Positions 35,901-39,898 of a DNA stretch of 39,898 bases are shown one piece after another. Each line of letters begins with the position of its first letter. The first letter of the stretch is position 1. Below the pieces are notes generated by a model. The model searched no databases and had not been told where the DNA came from. It saw only the letters and a list, made by a program, of their open reading frames with translations. The translations under genes and the position numbers were made by a program. The stretch covers positions 1 to 39,898 of IMG/VR virus record IMGVR_UViG_3300005663_000110; one strand, 5' to 3'. The stretch is from a virus (lineage: Duplodnaviria; Caudoviricetes).

Positions 35901-37313
35901 AGATGGTATCACTTCCCCTGTAACGGCCTCAGCTTCAGGCGGTTTCTCTACTTCGACTTCAGTAACTCTCGTCGGAGTAGCCAGGTCCTCAGCATCAGCA
36001 GCATCCATCAGGTCTTTCTCTTCGGGCTGTAGCTGTGTATTTAAATCTTCTTTAGATACCTGGTCTACAACTGCTTGCTGTTTCTCTTCCGGCGTGGCAG
36101 CTTCTTCTCCTTCAGGTCGTGTTTCCTCTGCCTTTTTATCGGCTATACCTTCAACACCGTTTACTGTAACATTACTACGCTCGGCCTGATCTACAGCAAG
36201 GGCAATCTCTTTATCCAAGCGTACATCAGGATTCTTTTCTTTCTTCTTTACAGCCTTGTCTACTACCTTACGAGCCTGTTCTTCAGTGAGTGATGTCGTA
36301 GAGGTAACTCGATCCACCACGACACCGACACGTTTATTATATTCCTGTACTCCCATACCGCCACGGCTTACATCTATTACAGCACCCGGTGCCGGTAACA
36401 ATACCATGGATTGTACGGATTCTTTGAACGTATCGCCAAGCCTTGTGAACCTTTGCAGGAAGGCTTCTTTGTCAAACTCTACACCCTGATCGCTCATGTA
36501 TGATGCTACGTCCTCTGCTGCTATCTGGATGCCTTCTTGTGCTACTTCTTCTAATACCTCTGATGTAAGCGTGCCGCCGAATTTCTTAGCCGCCATGCCT
36601 AAAACTTTAAGTATGGACTTTTGTACGATCTTCTGGGCACCCTTACGAAGCCCCGGTGTAGCCTGTCCCACCTGTAACATCTCGATCAAGGCGTATGGCA
36701 TGGCCGCGATGCTGGCCACGGTCTTGGCTATCTCTGGATCGTTACCAGCTTCCATCATGTTCATCATCATATTACCAGCACCCTGCTTATACCAGAAATC
36801 AGTCATGCCAACTTTGAATCCAAACCCAAGTCCAGCTACTGCACCTGGTGCTGCACCAGCACCACCGGCTAGAGAACCAAGTCCAGCACCAGCCAGCATA
36901 CCTACCATGCCCTCTAGTGAACCTTCTTGCAATCCACGCAATACAGATTTAAGAGTGCCAGCATTCTTTGCTATGGTCTCCATGATAAGACCACCATCAA
37001 GCGGGTCCTCCCTGGCTTCTTCCCGCATGGCTGATCGTTGCTGCATGATACTCTTTAGTTTATTCATGTCACCTTGAATAAATGCTGCATCATAAGCTGC
37101 TATATCAAGGTCTATGTTCTGTCCACTACGTTTATACGATTTAGTTATATCCTTGAAGCCGGCTTTAAGATCAGTAGGACTATCAGCAAACAGTCGTGAT
37201 ACGAATGATTCACTCTCAGCTTCGATCTTCTCATCGTTATCGGCTGGACCTATCAATCGTAAACTAGGTCCTTTTGGTATTCCATTTTTATCTAGCAATC
37301 TGAGCGTTGCCAT
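32988..37313 (-). CDS. large probable internal virion (DNA ejection) protein
   Basis: 1441 aa, mostly helical; Gly/Ala hydrophobic segment near N-terminus; 'EVLEEVAQE'; last large gene of the structural arm. Confidence 0.65.
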   Translation of the reverse strand: MATLRLLDKNGIPKGPSLRLIGPADNDEKIEAESESFVSRLFADSPTDLKAGFKDITKSYKRSGQNIDLDIAAYDAAFIQGDMNKLKSIMQQRSAMREEAREDPLDGGLIMETIAKNAGTLKSVLRGLQEGSLEGMVGMLAGAGLGSLAGGAGAAPGAVAGLGFGFKVGMTDFWYKQGAGNMMMNMMEAGNDPEIAKTVASIAAMPYALIEMLQVGQATPGLRKGAQKIVQKSILKVLGMAAKKFGGTLTSEVLEEVAQEGIQIAAEDVASYMSDQGVEFDKEAFLQRFTRLGDTFKESVQSMVLLPAPGAVIDVSRGGMGVQEYNKRVGVVVDRVTSTTSLTEEQARKVVDKAVKKKEKNPDVRLDKEIALAVDQAERSNVTVNGVEGIADKKAEETRPEGEEAATPEEKQQAVVDQVSKEDLNTQLQPEEKDLMDAADAEDLATPTRVTEVEVEKPPEAEAVTGEVIPSGKGAVFQSTQSVGGKKVTQSAIHLPAVIPADTSGTPESLLDVWKTKTSGAVRFLNYDTTSKETGLDVGVIASQLKAIQQRNPNAVSFSTDRMGKNVAFKVKDEALFLAQPPQGKAVDGQQAVDFATNLIIDGEERGMFTSSKVISPDGKILFAAEGEGARVAAEVWAAEPAANGQKARAAILSKQLGMDGKAKSDLAKKVTGKGSTTQMNKAEVSSFISELVLAINSKKPVAGQRVKIKGVERPLTVRSVDKKGNVRTTNDKRFNADRVSSLNSTELATDDLNIALDKIATGQLETLIDGVDRGRSLKQLVEQGLSWYRDGLLLPENIFASLGPEFTKTFWDPMNQADAAAGVDGNIQIEDLIAFMNKEIGTRDLKRMMTEPATLLAEEQQLQKEQQLGVTPGDRIGIWMLSQNPNGLRHLIGGNFAKFADPEAAVNEAIGLMTEQEKKIGQFMMDKYKAQGERLAQSYFLAAGRDMKIEKNYFPLYSLSGQLEEATDFLTQFTEDTVGQKNQVPVLTTPQEVMERTEGAAQPVRINAFDVFMYNMPRVERYIHFAPTVSKLGKIFNDKGFKKNLNDKTHGRGVGLVKDWIRHTAMGFAPTVDNKSMASSIDRLMLGLRKNGIVYAIGWKIPSVARQTLSMSNAVSVDPAMMSMVPKNIALASFGKDGGYKTMEEFVFSRSDQMRNRSFDRDLRRIKKSSKDKILRNKVFDEKALGWVSWMDRHTTTIAWKSLYDSAKSGVYINGVKTRLNETEALAYADEWTRKTQPSANAKDLPAFFRGGTVAKTLTTFQNQVNKNGNFWWVNVLGEAKNKKIGIGLMSHRIAFSYIIPAMAYGFIGRGGPPEDWGDVAFDLATYPLGSLFVAGRVVDSAIRGYGGLSSIAGISFDEFGKAAQSRNIPGVVKHGIRAIGAATGRIPDAPIDFVEGSIDLYKGDTEDWRRLIYSEWALESKNNAGKGRRTRTTGRRRKR

Positions 37314-38146
37314 TACGGTATTACCTCATGCTTTTGACCGCCTCTTATCACTATCCATCGTCCACTTTCTACGAACGCATCGGGAAAATCTGGGAACGGA
37401 GACACTGCACCCGGTTGTGGTGCTGATACCTGACTATCGCCTGGTATAATCGGTGCCGGAGCAAACGTACTTAGCAGTTCGTCCATAAATTTAGCCAACG
37501 GACCCTTAGTTTTTATTTGATCTGCTACATCCAGCCCTATGGCCAGTGGCCTGGCACGTCGTTCTTCTTTAGCAAGCTGATCTGTTTTTAACGATAATTC
37601 TGTGACTAATCCTCGATGTAAAACTTTCTCAGACGCGGTGGCTGGAAATTCTTTACCCTTGCTGTCAACTGTAACCAGGTTTCCTTTACGATCAGTGCTG
37701 AATCCTATTAGTTTTCCAGTAAGTTTATCCACGCGGTCACTAAGCTTCTCTATATTCTTACCGGTTCCCAGGGCTTCCTGCATCTGAGTAGCTTTAAATA
37801 TAGCCTTCTTTTTGCGTTCTTCTTTTTCCTGGGCTACAGCAGCCCTACCAGCAAGATCGTTCTTATCAAGAAATGCCTGTATGCTGTCAGCCTCATCCAG
37901 ATTACGAGCAGAACTTAGAAGATTGGACCGGACTGCTGCGGCTTCAGCATCTACTTCCTGATCTATACGACTCTTCATGGCACCGGTTAAACGAGAGCCT
38001 ATAGGAGTAGGTTTAAAGAAACTACGTTGGGCCGGGGCTACGATGTTGGGCTTTTCATTGGTTCGTACTATATGCCCAGTGTCAGAATCAGCCACTAGGA
38101 ATGATCCATCCTCTGCTTGTAAAAATCCTGCTGCGTTTAACGGCAT
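37313..38146 (-). CDS. probable internal virion protein
   Basis: 277 aa helical/charged; GGAGG RBS; TAATG-coupled to the 1441 aa gene. Confidence 0.55.
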   Translation of the reverse strand: MPLNAAGFLQAEDGSFLVADSDTGHIVRTNEKPNIVAPAQRSFFKPTPIGSRLTGAMKSRIDQEVDAEAAAVRSNLLSSARNLDEADSIQAFLDKNDLAGRAAVAQEKEERKKKAIFKATQMQEALGTGKNIEKLSDRVDKLTGKLIGFSTDRKGNLVTVDSKGKEFPATASEKVLHRGLVTELSLKTDQLAKEERRARPLAIGLDVADQIKTKGPLAKFMDELLSTFAPAPIIPGDSQVSAPQPGAVSPFPDFPDAFVESGRWIVIRGGQKHEVIP

Positions 38147-38155
38147 AATTGCCTC

Positions 38156-39277
38156 CTATTTAGTTACCCACGCTCCGTTTTCATAAAAGTCAAACGCATT
38201 GGTTGTGCTGTTATAGACTATCATACCATTAACACCCGTCACGGCATCGCGTTGTGCAGTAGTTAGCCTGGTTATTAGCAACGCACCATTATTGGAATAT
38301 AACTCTAGCAACGCATCCTCTGTCAACGGGGTGTTGTACCCCCCGCCTATTCTTAGTCTTGAAGAGGTGGCATGATATTTGCCATATAACACTTTGCCAA
38401 TATTAATGCAATTACTCGGTTGGCCGTTAACATGGTCCACACCATTACCAATTAGGATGTTATCATCTCCCATGGTAACAGCATTGCCACAGTTGTACCC
38501 TATTAGAATGTTGTCATCATTGCTTACCATATTATTACCGCTGTAGGCACCAATGATAATATGTTGACTCCCATAAGTAAGACTGATTCCGCTGTTGCAT
38601 CCTATAATAGTAGAAGCAAAGCTAGACAACGCTGACTCTGATCCAACTTGATCGCCTATCATTACGCAATCATACGGGGTAGTCGATGCTGCTCCAGCAC
38701 CATAACCTATGAATACATTATTCTCACCTGTCGCGGACAGGGCATCCCCTATTGATATGTTGTCCTTAGTAGTATCGGCATCTATGATCACACCAGCTAT
38801 AATAACAGTACCCGTAAGTGTTGGTGATGCTAATGGGGCCTTTAGGTCAAGTGCTGTCTGTGTAGCCGTGCTGACTAGTTTATCAAGATCACTGGTATTG
38901 TCAGCGTTTCCAAGTCCAACATTAGCAGATGTTACACTATGCGGATTACCAGTAATATCCCCGAGATGAGAGTCGATGCTGGCATGTGAAGTCTCTGATG
39001 TTAAGTAACTCTGTAAGTCACTGATCTGAGATTCCGTTATGCTCACGCCAGTAGACTTATCCCAAGCTGTAAACACTGGATCAGACTCTGACCCACCAGC
39101 TGGCAGATTAGTTAAACCACTACCGTCACCTATAAATGCCGTTGCAGTTACGTTTCCACTTTCATCTAAAAGAAACGTATCAGGTATGACAAATCGAGTT
39201 TCATCTGCCTTAACGCAGAGTATCCGTCCCGCACAACCGGCCAACCCTTGACCACAGGCTACATTTATTCCACTCAT
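38156..39277 (-). CDS. tail fibre/spike-like protein
   Basis: 'GDGSGLTNL', 'NPHSVT...VGLGNADNTSD...KAPLASPTLTG', about 14-aa N..IG...G repeats, 'RLTTAQRD...GMIVYN'. Confidence 0.75.
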   Translation of the reverse strand: MSGINVACGQGLAGCAGRILCVKADETRFVIPDTFLLDESGNVTATAFIGDGSGLTNLPAGGSESDPVFTAWDKSTGVSITESQISDLQSYLTSETSHASIDSHLGDITGNPHSVTSANVGLGNADNTSDLDKLVSTATQTALDLKAPLASPTLTGTVIIAGVIIDADTTKDNISIGDALSATGENNVFIGYGAGAASTTPYDCVMIGDQVGSESALSSFASTIIGCNSGISLTYGSQHIIIGAYSGNNMVSNDDNILIGYNCGNAVTMGDDNILIGNGVDHVNGQPSNCINIGKVLYGKYHATSSRLRIGGGYNTPLTEDALLELYSNNGALLITRLTTAQRDAVTGVNGMIVYNSTTNAFDFYENGAWVTK

Positions 39278-39898
39278 TACGTGCCTTCCCCTAGTTTATT
39301 TGCTGTGTATTCTATTTCTACCAAGATCAATGATGCTGCCGCACCGTAAGTATCTGCCGCATCATTTGTATCTCTGGATATTTTCAGGCCAATTGTATCT
39401 TCTAAAGCGATTGATGCCGCTGTTATTACCATGTTGGCTGTTTCTAATAGTTCGTCTTGCCGTGATTGTGTCGAATCGGTAACAGTTAAGTTGATTCCTG
39501 CCCCGCTTATTACTTCATCGGCTTCGCTTGCTACAGCTGCATAATCAATATCCCAGACAACATCGCCCGCCGCACCTGTTGCCGGTGCCCAGTGTATATG
39601 AATATCAATATCTGTTGACGAATCCCAGTCCGTAGGAATGTGCCATGTCATGTGTATCGATTCCATTGGTGGCGTAGGAGAAAACTGGTTAACAAAGAAA
39701 TTACCTATCACAGCTTGCGATGGCGATGATGCTCCTAATCCTGCTGATTCTACACCTATGATAACATGCCTTCTTACCCTTGCTGTACCAGCCATTGTCT
39801 GTAAGCCAGTGGCAGAAACCTGCGTATAATTTGCCACGCCACCATCGCCAAGAGTTGTAACGCCATCAGGAACAAGGTTTATATCCCCCGCTGCACCA
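39277..39898 (-). CDS. virion structural/fibre-like protein, 5' truncated by window edge
   Basis: frame stays open upstream of the ORF-track GTG 39837 (GAAGDINLVPDGVTTLGDGG) to the window end; beta-sandwich-like C-terminus. Confidence 0.65.
   Translation of the reverse strand, partial: GAAGDINLVPDGVTTLGDGGVANYTQVSATGLQTMAGTARVRRHVIIGVESAGLGASSPSQAVIGNFFVNQFSPTPPMESIHMTWHIPTDWDSSTDIDIHIHWAPATGAAGDVVWDIDYAAVASEADEVISGAGINLTVTDSTQSRQDELLETANMVITAASIALEDTIGLKISRDTNDAADTYGAAASLILVEIEYTANKLGEGT

Noticed and set aside
33094-39829. Plus-strand ORFs opposite the ejection and fibre genes
   Set aside because: Antisense shadows with Ser/Pro-rich composition typical of reverse frames.
39837-39898. GTG 39837 as the true start of the last gene
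   Set aside because: The frame remains open to the window edge and there is no RBS, so the gene is truncated.

Overview
The whole window is a gene-dense tailed dsDNA bacteriophage segment, probably podovirus-like. No integrase, repressor, endolysin, tail tube/connector or canonical tRNA was recognised. There are three blocks. (1) A minus-strand packaging/head module at 1-9.7 kb: HExxH peptidase, TerS, TerL, portal, zinc-ribbon protein, scaffold, major capsid and a decoration-like protein, driven by two near-identical TTGACT-17-TATAAT promoters. (2) A plus-strand early/replication arm at 10.2-32.7 kb: many small ORFs, two HNH-AP2 endonucleases, a nucleotide-metabolism trio, family A DNA polymerase, VRR-NUC, Cas4-like exonuclease, Sak4-like ATPase, SSB-like protein, TOPRIM primase-SF3 helicase, a permuted papain-like amidase and DUF4326. 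(3) A minus-strand block of fibre-like and probable ejection proteins at 32.8-39.9 kb, truncated at the window end. The main leads are a small histone-fold-like gene (15065-15256), a likely programmed +1 frameshift at CCC-TTT-TGA (15672-15680), a TerL whose last catalytic motif lies in the -1 frame, a tRNA-elbow-like mini-RNA and other structured intergenic RNAs, a stand-alone DUF4346-like gene, and an atypical PolA near dNTP-processing genes. Family calls come from motif recognition by eye, not database searches.
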